Positions 38,690-47,942 are shown, numbered from the stretch's first letter. The stretch: DNA of 64,000 nucleotides from Gammaproteobacteria bacterium (GCA_029882355.1 JAOUKV010000004.1:65999-129998); one strand, 5' to 3'. A program made the numbers and translations. The notes: generated by a model not told the origin, from the sequence alone.

Positions 38690-39826
38690 ATGGAACTACT
38701 TTTTTATATTACCGGCCTAACGTGTTTGTATAGCTATTTTCTCTACCCGTTGATTCTAAAACTCATACCCGCAAGAAAAAAAAATGTTTTTGCACAATTA
38801 AAGACCTCTGACTTACCAAAGCTAAGCCTGGTTATCACTGCGCATAACGAAGAGGGACGAATCCGTGAAAAACTGGAAAACACCCTGCTAATTAATTATC
38901 CCAAAGAGCGTCTTCAGATCATTATAGCTTCGGATTTTTCTACTGATGCCACCGATAGCATCGTCGAGTCGTATGCAGACCGAGGTATACAGCTGGTACG
39001 AGCAGACGAACGTAAAGGCAAGGAGTATGCGCAGTTATGTGCAATTCGTGCCTCGACTGGCCAGATCCTGGTATTCTCGGATGTTGCCACGCAAATACCG
39101 GCGGACGCGTTTCGTTTGCTTGCAAGCCGCTTTGCTGATGAAAGAGTGGGTGCGGTGTCGAGCGAAGACCAGTTCATTAGCAATGATGACAAGGTGGTGG
39201 GCGAAGGCGCTTATGTCAAATATGAAATGTGGCTGCGGCGCCTGGAATCTGATCGGGCAGGTCTGGTAGGTTTGAGTGGTTCGTTTTTTGCAGCACGCCG
39301 GGAAGTTTGTAAAGAATGGGATATTTACTGCCCTAGTGATTTCAACACGGGCCTTAATTGTGCAAAGAGTGGCATGGTGGCGATCACCTGCCCTGATGTC
39401 ATTGGCATCTACAAAGATGTAAAAAATCCGGGTCTGGAGTATCGCCGCAAGATGCGCACCGTCATCCGCGGTATTACCGCCATTTCACGTCATCCAGAAG
39501 TGCTAAATCCATTTAGTATGGGCATGTTTACTTTTCAGGTATGGAGCCATAAGATCATGCGCTGGGGAGTACCGTGGTTTATGCTGGCTTTCGCCATAGT
39601 AACGCTCATTTTACAGGGTCAGGGAGCCATCTACACGCTGGCTCTGCTGGCTCAGTTGGTCTTTTATTCATTAGCGCTGGCTGGCTGGCTGTCTCCATTG
39701 ATTCGAGAAAATATTGTTGTAAAAATAGTCTTTTTCTTTGTGCAAACTAACCTGGCATTGGCTCAGGCGACTCTGCTGTTTTTATCAGGCAAGCGCATGA
39801 CTGTGTGGACACCTTCGCAGCGATAA
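38690..39826 (+). CDS. Glycosyltransferase, GT2 family, membrane-anchored
   Basis: 378 aa. N-terminal TM helix, GT-A start LSLVITAHNEE, IIASDFSTDATD, and C-terminal TM helices. Confidence 0.8.
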   Translation: MELLFYITGLTCLYSYFLYPLILKLIPARKKNVFAQLKTSDLPKLSLVITAHNEEGRIREKLENTLLINYPKERLQIIIASDFSTDATDSIVESYADRGIQLVRADERKGKEYAQLCAIRASTGQILVFSDVATQIPADAFRLLASRFADERVGAVSSEDQFISNDDKVVGEGAYVKYEMWLRRLESDRAGLVGLSGSFFAARREVCKEWDIYCPSDFNTGLNCAKSGMVAITCPDVIGIYKDVKNPGLEYRRKMRTVIRGITAISRHPEVLNPFSMGMFTFQVWSHKIMRWGVPWFMLAFAIVTLILQGQGAIYTLALLAQLVFYSLALAGWLSPLIRENIVVKIVFFFVQTNLALAQATLLFLSGKRMTVWTPSQR

Positions 39827-41008
39827 ATGTTTTATCAACTGCCTCCTGTCGGTAATCCCATTCATCTGTCTCACACAGTACGGAATGAAAACGTATCTCA
39901 GATTTTTGGCGATGCATACCAACCTCGTTTCTTTGCTTCGGGTACAGCGGCATTGGCCGCCGCTATTACCGCAGCAATACAGTTGAAGGTTGTCGATGAA
40001 CCCGAAGTCATCCTGCCTGCCTACAGTTGCCCAGACCTGATCAGCGCCATAATCTTTGCAGGGGCAAAACCTGTACTCGTTGATTTTGAAGCTGATACTC
40101 CATGGATGAGCCTTAAACTATTACCGACAAAAATAACTACAAACACCGTGGCGGTTATCGCTGTTAATCTTTTTGGAATTTCAGAACGGCTAGCGCCATT
40201 ACGCCAACTTACTAAACAGGCCGACATACTACTTATCGAAGATAGCGCACAGGCCTTCCCCAGTGCCAGTGAGCAAGGCGTATGGCAAGGTGATCTGGTC
40301 GTACTTAGTTTTGGCCGTGGCAAACCTGTGAGCTTACTTGGTGGTGGCGCAGTACTTTATAATGAAAAAAATTCGCGTTGCATAGACTTCGCCAGTCTAT
40401 TGCCAACAGGTGTTACACCATCCAGTGTAAATGTCCAAAATCGGGTTTCATTCTGGTTAAAAGCAAAGCTATATAACTGGATGATTAGACCCAGACTGTA
40501 CTGGTTGCCGCAGAACCTGCCCTTTTTGCATCTGGGCGAAACTCGCTACTCTCCTCTGGACTCCATTGAGGGCATGGATCAAGTAAAACTATCAATGCTG
40601 ACCACCAATATTAAGACTTATCAGGACAATTCATTTAGCGCACAAAAAAATCTGGCTGCAATGCTGAACGAGTGCGATCTTAAGGGATGCGGTATCATAG
40701 ATTTAGCCAAAGCCTGCAAAACAGTAGAGACTCGACGATTATTACGATACCCATTACTGGTGGAGCCAAAAGCCCGAGATCACCTATACTCACAACTACA
40801 GCAACTTGGTCTGGGACCATCCCGAATGTATCCAAAGACACTGCCAGAAATATCAGGCGTTGATACGTTACTATCAACACATGACGCATTCCCTGCGGCA
40901 TTGTCATTTTCCAAAAGAATATTGACCCTGCCCACACATATGCAGGTGAAACAGGCAGATATTGATAAAATCCAACAACTCATATCACGCTATCAGGGCG
41001 AAATATAG
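39827..41008 (+). CDS. DegT/DnrJ/EryC1/StrS-like PLP-dependent aminotransferase
   Basis: 393 aa. Starts directly after the upstream stop. Motifs GTAALAAAI, IEDSAQAF, and a putative PLP-Lys context VLSFGRGKPVS. Confidence 0.6.
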   Translation: MFYQLPPVGNPIHLSHTVRNENVSQIFGDAYQPRFFASGTAALAAAITAAIQLKVVDEPEVILPAYSCPDLISAIIFAGAKPVLVDFEADTPWMSLKLLPTKITTNTVAVIAVNLFGISERLAPLRQLTKQADILLIEDSAQAFPSASEQGVWQGDLVVLSFGRGKPVSLLGGGAVLYNEKNSRCIDFASLLPTGVTPSSVNVQNRVSFWLKAKLYNWMIRPRLYWLPQNLPFLHLGETRYSPLDSIEGMDQVKLSMLTTNIKTYQDNSFSAQKNLAAMLNECDLKGCGIIDLAKACKTVETRRLLRYPLLVEPKARDHLYSQLQQLGLGPSRMYPKTLPEISGVDTLLSTHDAFPAALSFSKRILTLPTHMQVKQADIDKIQQLISRYQGEI

Positions 41009-41079
41009 GGCATGACTGTAATAGTATTTTTCCCGTAAAATAAACCCAATGCAGGATTGTTAAAATAGGATCTTTAAAA

Positions 41080-41724
41080 ATGAAAACAAATCAGATTTTC
41101 TTTACTTTTATGATGTGCATAGGATTGGGATCTGGTCCAGTTGGTTGCGCAATGAGTAAACCGAACCTACCAGCACCATCCGAGACAGGCATCAATAATG
41201 CGCCCAAAGTGCTCGTCGATTCATACAAAATGGCTGTCGGTGATCAGATCCAGATCAATGTCTGGAAAAATCCTGAACTATCCCTGTCAGAACCCATTAG
41301 GCCTGATGGAAAAATATCAATGCCCCTGGTCGGTGATGTTATGGCCGTAGGCCTGACACCCGAAGAGCTATCGGAGATCATTGAAGAACAACTATCCGCT
41401 TACGTTAAATCTCCAAATGTTACTATTATTCTGACGAGCTTGCAGGGACACGCATTTCTTTCACGGATTCGTGTTACAGGCTCGGTGACAAAGAATATAT
41501 CTCTCACATATCATCAGGGCATGACCGTGCTGGATGCGATCCTTGAAGCGGGCAGCGTTGACTTATACGCAGACAGTAATAATACCAAGCTGCACCGACG
41601 CACAAAATCTGGAAATAAAACTTACGATATTCGTCTTAAAAATATCATGCACTATGGCGATATGAGGACAAACATTATTCTGATGCCGGGCGACATTATT
41701 ACCGTACCCGAACGCGGTTTTTAA
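41080..41724 (+). CDS. Polysaccharide export protein (Wza-like, EpsE-type), lipoprotein
   Basis: 214 aa. Lipobox GSGPVGC, Poly_export motifs YKMAVGDQIQINVW and PDGKISMPLVGDVMAVGLTPEEL, and SLBB-like GDIITVPE. Confidence 0.85.
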   Translation: MKTNQIFFTFMMCIGLGSGPVGCAMSKPNLPAPSETGINNAPKVLVDSYKMAVGDQIQINVWKNPELSLSEPIRPDGKISMPLVGDVMAVGLTPEELSEIIEEQLSAYVKSPNVTIILTSLQGHAFLSRIRVTGSVTKNISLTYHQGMTVLDAILEAGSVDLYADSNNTKLHRRTKSGNKTYDIRLKNIMHYGDMRTNIILMPGDIITVPERGF

Positions 41725-41776
41725 TAAGCCCAAACCATAACAGCGGCATTTGGAGAACCCAGAGGTGTACCGAATC

Positions 41777-43060
41777 ATGATCAATCATTGTGCCCTGATC
41801 GTCCTCTCCGGCATCGCTCTTATCAACACTACTGTATCTGCAATGGACATAATACCCAGTGCCGGTCTTACCATGCAGTACACCGATAATGTCTGGAAGC
41901 TTCCAGATAATGAAAAACACGATTTAATTATTATCACTGACATAGGTGCAAGCATAGATACAGCAAGCGGCCCTTTTCAACTCGATGCTAATACCTCATT
42001 AAAACACACGGACTACACACGAGACTCTTTCAGCAGCCAGCAATACTTCAACCTTAGTGCAACGGCCGGCTGGGAGATGATAAAAGATTTTCTCGACTGG
42101 CAGTTGCAGGATTTTTACACACAGCAATCCCTTGATTCACTTAACCCGAACACCCCAGACAACACGCAGGATACCAATACAATAACCTTCGGACCCAACC
42201 TTCATTACCGAATATCTGGCCGTCAGTCGATTACCCTTAACCCGCAGTACCGGAAATTCAGCTACGAAATTCAAAATATAGATAATCAGCAAAATTCTCT
42301 CGATGCCAGCTGGAACTACCAGCTCTTCCGAACCGTAAATGTGGGCCTGCGCGGTGGCAAAAACAAAGTCGACTATGATGAGCAGACACATATTGATAAT
42401 ACATTCACCAATATACACCTTACTCTCTCGTCCACACGATCAGATTATAATTACAGTGCTGACATCGGTTCAACCCGTGTTGATAGGGAAAGCGGTAGCA
42501 GCGTGCGCGGAACAACAGGTAACATAAAATGGTCCTACGACATAACAGGGCGTTCAAATCTACGCGCCCACTTTGCATCGGAGTTAACAGATGCAAGCAC
42601 CAACTTGCTAAATTCCTCAATAAACCCGGATGATGCCAGCTTTTCAACTGAGCAATTATCCGCAGAGGTTATGCGTAACAGTATTTTCAAGCTTACCTTG
42701 AAAAAAAATGACATTACATCAAGCACTAACGTCTGGCTTGAACTACGCAAGCAAGACTATGAATTTGCACTATTAAATCAGGAAATCCAGGCGCTCGGCT
42801 TTGAGATGAATTACCCACTAACAGCGATACTGTCTACAGGTATCGACGCCGACTATAGCCAAACTGAATCAACCGATTTCGGGCGTAAAGATCGTCAGCG
42901 TAGCATCGGCTGTAATTTTAATTATCGTTTTTCTAGTAAATTATTGGGCACCGCAGATTTTAAGTATCATGAAACAAATAGCTCCATTGAGACAATGAGT
43001 TTCGATGAGTTCACCGTCTTTATCAGTCTTGTGTATGGCTACAACGGTCCACTTATTTAA
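41777..43060 (+). CDS. Outer-membrane beta-barrel protein of the PEP-CTERM-locus type
   Basis: The track start is TTG 41750. I prefer ATG 41777 (MINHCALIVLSGIALINTTVSA signal peptide). N-terminal motif GLTMQYTDNV, with alternating beta-strand pattern throughout. Confidence 0.65.
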   Translation: MINHCALIVLSGIALINTTVSAMDIIPSAGLTMQYTDNVWKLPDNEKHDLIIITDIGASIDTASGPFQLDANTSLKHTDYTRDSFSSQQYFNLSATAGWEMIKDFLDWQLQDFYTQQSLDSLNPNTPDNTQDTNTITFGPNLHYRISGRQSITLNPQYRKFSYEIQNIDNQQNSLDASWNYQLFRTVNVGLRGGKNKVDYDEQTHIDNTFTNIHLTLSSTRSDYNYSADIGSTRVDRESGSSVRGTTGNIKWSYDITGRSNLRAHFASELTDASTNLLNSSINPDDASFSTEQLSAEVMRNSIFKLTLKKNDITSSTNVWLELRKQDYEFALLNQEIQALGFEMNYPLTAILSTGIDADYSQTESTDFGRKDRQRSIGCNFNYRFSSKLLGTADFKYHETNSSIETMSFDEFTVFISLVYGYNGPLI

Positions 43061-43119
43061 TCTAGAAAAAGCGACATTATAAAATTTACTAACATCTATT
43101 TATAAAAAGGAAAATAAAA

Positions 43120-44028
43120 ATGAAAGCACTGGTTACAGGTGGAGCAGGTTTTATTGGATCACATATCGTTGATCGTCTACTTAATGATGGCCACGAAGTA
43201 ATAGTTCTTGATGATTTCTCTACAGGCCATCGAAGCAACTTAGCCGATAACAATCTGCTATCGATTATAGAAGGTGACATTAGTAATTATGAAACTGTTA
43301 AACAGTGCATGACAGGCGTTGACTGGGTTTTTCACAAAGCGGCGGTTGCCTCAGTACCTAAAACCGTCAACGATCCCGTTGGTAGCAGCCTGATAAACTA
43401 TCAGGGAACATTACACCTGCTTGAAGCCGCAAGAGAAAACAAAGTGAAACGTTTTGTTTTTGCATCAAGTGCTGCGCTATATGGCGACGAACCCACTTTA
43501 CCCAAAGTAGAGACCATGTGCCCCGTCACCTTATCCCCTTACGCAGTTGATAAACTGGCCTCAGAATCCGCCTGCGGTATGTATACAAAGTTATACGGCC
43601 TGGAAACTGTCTGCCTGAGATACTTCAATGTCTATGGACCAAGACAAGATCCTTCTTCACCGTACTCAGGCGTAATCTCTATTTTCACAGATAAACTTAA
43701 AAATAGGGAAATACCCATGATATATGGCGATGGTGAACAAACACGTGACTTCGTCTATGTCAGTGATGTAGTAGAAGCAAACATCAAAGCAGTAACTGAG
43801 AAGAATTGCGCCGGGCAATTTTTCAATATCGCCACAGGCAACAGGATTACATTGAACAACCTGCTTAGAACATTATGCGATATTTATAAAATTGAATTTA
43901 ATGCCAGATACGAAGGTGCACGTAAAGGAGATATAAAACAATCCTATGCCTCCATCGACAAGGCAACAGCCCTACTCCACTGGAATCCCAGTGTAGTTCT
44001 AAAAAATGGCCTGCCTAAACTGGTGTAG
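43120..44028 (+). CDS. NAD-dependent sugar-nucleotide epimerase (SDR, WbpP/TviC-like by motif)
   Basis: 302 aa. Motifs VTGGAGFIGSHIV, LDDFSTGHRSNL, and catalytic YAVDK. AAGGA RBS. Confidence 0.85.
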   Translation: MKALVTGGAGFIGSHIVDRLLNDGHEVIVLDDFSTGHRSNLADNNLLSIIEGDISNYETVKQCMTGVDWVFHKAAVASVPKTVNDPVGSSLINYQGTLHLLEAARENKVKRFVFASSAALYGDEPTLPKVETMCPVTLSPYAVDKLASESACGMYTKLYGLETVCLRYFNVYGPRQDPSSPYSGVISIFTDKLKNREIPMIYGDGEQTRDFVYVSDVVEANIKAVTEKNCAGQFFNIATGNRITLNNLLRTLCDIYKIEFNARYEGARKGDIKQSYASIDKATALLHWNPSVVLKNGLPKLV

Positions 44029-44165
44029 CACCCTGTGCAGAACAAAAGCCGACCTAAGCTGTACTAAATTTGCCAAAAACAATGAGTATGCGACGTGGTT
44101 TGCTGCATGAGCCGAATGCCAGGATACAAGTGGCTTTTCAGATAAAAATTGGGAGGGCTTGAAAA

Positions 44166-44242
44166 TGGTGGTTATGGGTGGACTTGAACCACCGACCCCC
44201 GCATTATGAATGCGATGCTCTAACCAACTGAGCTACATAACC
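44166..44242 (-). tRNA. tRNA with anticodon CAU (elongator Met, or Ile2 if lysidinylated)
   Basis: The minus strand reads GGTTATG-TA-GCTC-AGTTGGTTA-GAGC-A-TCGCA-TTCATAA-TGCGG-GGGTC-GGTGG-TTCAAGT-CCACC-CATAACC-A-CCA. This is a 77-nt full cloverleaf with CCA encoded. Confidence 0.85.
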
Positions 44243-44312
44243 GTGTTTTGAAGGCCGCAGATTTTGGACTTTTGCGGCTGCCGTGTCAATAAAAACCAGC
44301 GATCAAATGCAA

Positions 44313-45404
44313 TTAAACATTAAACCTGAAGTGCAGGACATCACCATCCTTCACAATGTAGTCTTTTCCTTCGACCCGTAACTTGCCAGCCTCCTTCGCA
44401 CCCTGCTCACCATTGTTATCAATAAAGTCCTGATAAGCGATGGTTTCTGCACGAATAAAGCCTTTTTCAAAATCAGTATGAATGACGGCGGCAGCCTTGG
44501 GAGCCGTAGCACCAACAGCGACTGTCCAGGCTCTCACTTCCTTCACGCCTGCTGTGAAATAGGTTTGCAGCCCTAACAATTCGTAACCGGCACGAATCAC
44601 CAGATTCAAACCCGGTTCTTCCAGGCCCAGATCCTGCATAAACTCTTTACGCTCCTCTTCATCCAGCTCTATCAATTCAGCTTCGATTGCAGCGCAAACA
44701 GGTACCACCATAGCCCCTTCCTGCTCAGCAATCTCTTTAACTGTATCCAGATAAGGATTATTTTCAAAGCCATCTTCATTGACGTTGGCGATATACATTA
44801 CCGGTTTCAGTGTAATCAGATGAAATTCGTACAAGCTAGCAATCTCATCATCACTCAAACCCAGAGCACGCACGGCTTTACCCTGATCTAGCTGAGCCTG
44901 TACTTTTTCCAGCAGGGCCAGTTTAAGCTTGGCGTCTTTATCACCAGTTTTAGCGACTTTAGCGACACGAAGAGTCGATTTTGCAATCGTTTCAAGATCA
45001 GCCAGAGCCAACTCCGTATCAATGACTTCAATATCACTCTGCGGGCTTATCTTGCCCTCAACGTGAACGATATCGTCATTATCGAAACAACGTACAACAT
45101 GTGCAATCGCATCAGTTTCACGAATATTGGCCAAAAACTTATTACCCAGACCCTCACCTTTGGAAGCACCTGCCACCAGACCGGCAATGTCGACGAACTC
45201 CATGGTTGTCGGTAAAACTCTTTCAGGTTTCACTATCGCAGCTAATTTATCCAGACGCGGATCGGGTAATGCGACCACGCCTACATTTGGCTCAATGGTG
45301 CAGAATGGGTAGTTCTCAGCCTGAATACCGGCTTTGGTTAGCGCATTAAACAGGGTGGACTTACCTACGTTGGGTAAACCGACAATGCCACATTTGAATC
45401 CCAT
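44313..45404 (-). CDS. ychF: Ribosome-binding ATPase YchF
   Basis: 363 aa. Starts [23 protein letters not shown] and has a C-terminal TGS-like domain. Confidence 0.95.
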   Translation of the reverse strand: MGFKCGIVGLPNVGKSTLFNALTKAGIQAENYPFCTIEPNVGVVALPDPRLDKLAAIVKPERVLPTTMEFVDIAGLVAGASKGEGLGNKFLANIRETDAIAHVVRCFDNDDIVHVEGKISPQSDIEVIDTELALADLETIAKSTLRVAKVAKTGDKDAKLKLALLEKVQAQLDQGKAVRALGLSDDEIASLYEFHLITLKPVMYIANVNEDGFENNPYLDTVKEIAEQEGAMVVPVCAAIEAELIELDEEERKEFMQDLGLEEPGLNLVIRAGYELLGLQTYFTAGVKEVRAWTVAVGATAPKAAAVIHTDFEKGFIRAETIAYQDFIDNNGEQGAKEAGKLRVEGKDYIVKDGDVLHFRFNV

Positions 45405-45428
45405 ATTATTACCTGTACCCTAAAATAA

Positions 45429-46016
45429 TTATTTGGTGTGCAACTGATGCATGGCTTTCTCCATGGCACCCTCTGCTAGCAATGGCATCACCGACTGTGC
45501 ATCACTGATACTGTTATCAATACTGATACGCTCATCCAGTGACGGACGATGCAAAACATAATCCACTACCTGATCTTTATTGCCAGGGTGACCAATGCCA
45601 ATGCGTAAACGATAGAAATCTTTTGTGCCTAAATGAGCGATGGTGTCGCGCAGGCCATTATGACCACCATGACCACCACCCATCTTTAACTTGATAACAC
45701 CGACCTCAAGATCGAGTTCATCATGAGCCACCAGAATATTTTCTGCATTCATCTGGTAGAAAGACGATAAACTTTTAATCGACTGACCACTGCGGTTCAT
45801 AAAGGTTTCCGGTTTCAACAACCAGATATCACGACCAGCAATAGATACTTTGGCGACTTCGCCGTGAAATTTTTTTTCACGCCTAAATGAAGCACCATAA
45901 GCCGCTGCCAGTTCCTCAACAAACCAAAACCCGGCATTGTGCCGGGTTTTGGTGTATTCGGAGCCAGGATTACCCAGACCCACTATCAACTTGAGATCGA
46001 TAGATCGCTCAGCCAT
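45429..46016 (-). CDS. pth: Peptidyl-tRNA hydrolase
   Basis: 195 aa. Motifs LIVGLGNPGSEYTKTRHNAGFWF and GGHGGHNGLRD. Confidence 0.95.
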   Translation of the reverse strand: MAERSIDLKLIVGLGNPGSEYTKTRHNAGFWFVEELAAAYGASFRREKKFHGEVAKVSIAGRDIWLLKPETFMNRSGQSIKSLSSFYQMNAENILVAHDELDLEVGVIKLKMGGGHGGHNGLRDTIAHLGTKDFYRLRIGIGHPGNKDQVVDYVLHRPSLDERISIDNSISDAQSVMPLLAEGAMEKAMHQLHTK

Positions 46017-46021
46017 ATAGA

Positions 46022-46672
46022 CTAGCTTTCAGCTTCGCCTTCAGCCGCATCATCTTCACTAGCAGGCGCTTCTACATCACCTTCTGTTGAGGCTGCAGCC
46101 TTACGCAAATGAATACCTGCAACGGCAGTATCGTGATCTTCACCTTGCTTAAGCGCCAATACTTCAACACCTTCTGGCAACTTAAGGTCAGACAGATGCA
46201 GAACGTCATTCAGGTGCATTTCTGAAAGATCAACTTCAATGAAGGATGGGATGTTCTTAGGCAGACATTCCATCTCCACTTCCATAACCACGTGGTTAAC
46301 AGCGCCGCCTTCAGTTTTAACACCTGGGCATTCATCTTCACCAATAAAGTGTAATGGTATGTGTACGTGTACGGCTACTTTCGCATCAAAACGAAGGAAA
46401 TCCATATGCAGAATGTCAATCTTGTAAGGGTGATGCTGAATATCACGCAACAGCACGTCTTCCTTTTTACCATTCACATTCAATTGAAGAATTTGTGAAT
46501 ACAAGTCTTCATTAGGCAGAACATACTGCACATCTTTTTGTTCCAGTGTCATTGATACTGGATCCGCGCCCGCACCATAAACGATAGCAGGTAATTTGCC
46601 AGCGCGACGCAGGCGGCGGCTCGCACCTTTCCCCTTGTCATCACGCAATTCGGCATTAAATTCAATAGACAT
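46022..46672 (-). CDS. rplY: 50S ribosomal protein L25 (long Ctc form)
   Basis: Start taken at ATG 46672 (MSIEFNAELRDDKGKGASRRLRR...), with GGAGAAG 4 nt upstream. The track's extra 23 codons are rejected. Acidic C-terminal tail. Confidence 0.9.
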   Translation of the reverse strand: MSIEFNAELRDDKGKGASRRLRRAGKLPAIVYGAGADPVSMTLEQKDVQYVLPNEDLYSQILQLNVNGKKEDVLLRDIQHHPYKIDILHMDFLRFDAKVAVHVHIPLHFIGEDECPGVKTEGGAVNHVVMEVEMECLPKNIPSFIEVDLSEMHLNDVLHLSDLKLPEGVEVLALKQGEDHDTAVAGIHLRKAAASTEGDVEAPASEDDAAEGEAES

Positions 46673-46815
46673 AATCTTCTCCAAAATACTGCCTGTAGCG
46701 GCAGCGGTTATATAAAACTTCCTCGCGACCAGGGAAGTCATTGTCAGGATACACCCAGGGAAAACCCCTGATAATCCGTCCTTCGGACAAGTCTTTTCAG
46801 ACTTATCCTGAATTT

Positions 46816-47775
46816 TTAATCGACGTACATCTCACTAACCGATTCTTCTTCATGTATGCGACGAATCGTTTCAGCCAGCATGTTGGCAATAGATACCTGG
46901 CGAATTTGTGGACATTGCTGTGCTGCTTCGCTCAATGGAATGGTATCGGTAACTACCAGCTCATTTAAAACAGAGCCTGAAATATTTTCGATCGCAGCGC
47001 CCGATAAAACCGGATGCGTACAATACGCTGATACGCTCAAAGCGCCATTTGCTTTCAAAGCCGCGGCGGCTTTACACAATGTACCTGCGGTATCAACAAG
47101 ATCATCGACCAGCACGCAGTTTTTACCCTGAACATCACCGATGATATTCATCACTTCGGAGACATTGGCCTTGGGGCGACGTTTATCAATAATCGCCAGA
47201 TCAGCATCACCTAAACGTTTCGCCAAAGCCCTGGCTCGTACCACACCACCAACATCCGGTGAGACGACGATTAAATTTTCATGCCGCTGCTGCCAGATAT
47301 CGGCCAGCAGAATTGGCGAAGCATAAACATTATCGATGGGAATATCGAAAAAGCCCTGAATCTGGTCGGCATGTAAATCGATGGTCAGCAAACGATTAAG
47401 CTTTGCGCTCGACAACATATTGGCAACCACTTTAGCGGTAATCGGCACCCTGACTGAACGGGGTTTACGATCCTGACGTGAATAACCGTAATAAGGCACT
47501 ACCGCTGTCACTCGATTGGCCGATGCCCGACGCATAGCATCAATCATGACCAATAATTCCATCAAATTATCATTACAGGGTGTACACGTTGGCTGGATGA
47601 TAAATACATCTTTGCCACGAACATTTTCCATCACCTCAACGCAAATCTCACCATCACTGAAAGTATCAACACTGATTTTCCCCAAAGGAAGATGCAGCTT
47701 GTTAGCAATATTCTTTGCTAATTCAGGATTTGCATTACCAGTAAAAAGCCTTAGTTGGCTATCTTCTTGTCTCAC
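46816..47775 (-). CDS. prs: Ribose-phosphate pyrophosphokinase
   Basis: 319 aa. Motifs [11 protein letters not shown] and [12 protein letters not shown]. The GTG start at 47775 is slightly uncertain. Confidence 0.95.
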   Translation of the reverse strand: MRQEDSQLRLFTGNANPELAKNIANKLHLPLGKISVDTFSDGEICVEVMENVRGKDVFIIQPTCTPCNDNLMELLVMIDAMRRASANRVTAVVPYYGYSRQDRKPRSVRVPITAKVVANMLSSAKLNRLLTIDLHADQIQGFFDIPIDNVYASPILLADIWQQRHENLIVVSPDVGGVVRARALAKRLGDADLAIIDKRRPKANVSEVMNIIGDVQGKNCVLVDDLVDTAGTLCKAAAALKANGALSVSAYCTHPVLSGAAIENISGSVLNELVVTDTIPLSEAAQQCPQIRQVSIANMLAETIRRIHEEESVSEMYVD

Positions 47776-47810
47776 TGTTGAGTCTCGTGTTATGTACTAC
47801 TAATAATGCT

Positions 47811-47833
47811 GAAAACCCGCTAGTGCGGGCTTT
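47811..47833 (-). terminator. Rho-independent terminator candidate downstream of tRNA-Gln
   Basis: The minus strand reads GCCCGC-ACTA-GCGGGT followed by TTTTCAG. Confidence 0.5.
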
Positions 47834-47867
47834 CTATTAAAAAACCACTAAATGGTTTTCTTTTGTA

Positions 47868-47942
47868 TGGCTGGGCCGGCAGGATTCGAACCTGCGCATG
47901 CCAGGATCAAAACCTGGTGCCTTACCGCTTGGCGACGGCCCA
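47868..47942 (-). tRNA. tRNA-Gln (anticodon UUG)
   Basis: The minus strand reads TGGGCCG-TC-GCCAAGCGGTAAGGC-A-CCAGG-TTTTGAT-CCTGG-CATGC-GCAGGTTCGAATCCTGC-CGGCCCA-G-CCA. It is 75 nt, with the U1-A72 pair and G73 typical of tRNA-Gln. Confidence 0.9.

Noticed and set aside
44250-44285. Hairpin GCCGCA...TGCGGC between ychF and the tRNA as a ychF terminator.
   Set aside because: The loop is 13 nt and no U-tract follows on the minus strand, so this is too weak to call.
46673-46741. 23-codon N-terminal extension of rplY given by the ORF track. Analogous upstream extensions occur for prsT (9091), hemA (51332), the GT4 (21852), the deacetylase (19375), the barrel (41750) and the PEP-CTERM gene (12627).
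   Set aside because: Downstream ATG codons have better RBS spacing and give N-termini collinear with known family starts or proper signal peptides. Several of the extensions start at TTG.
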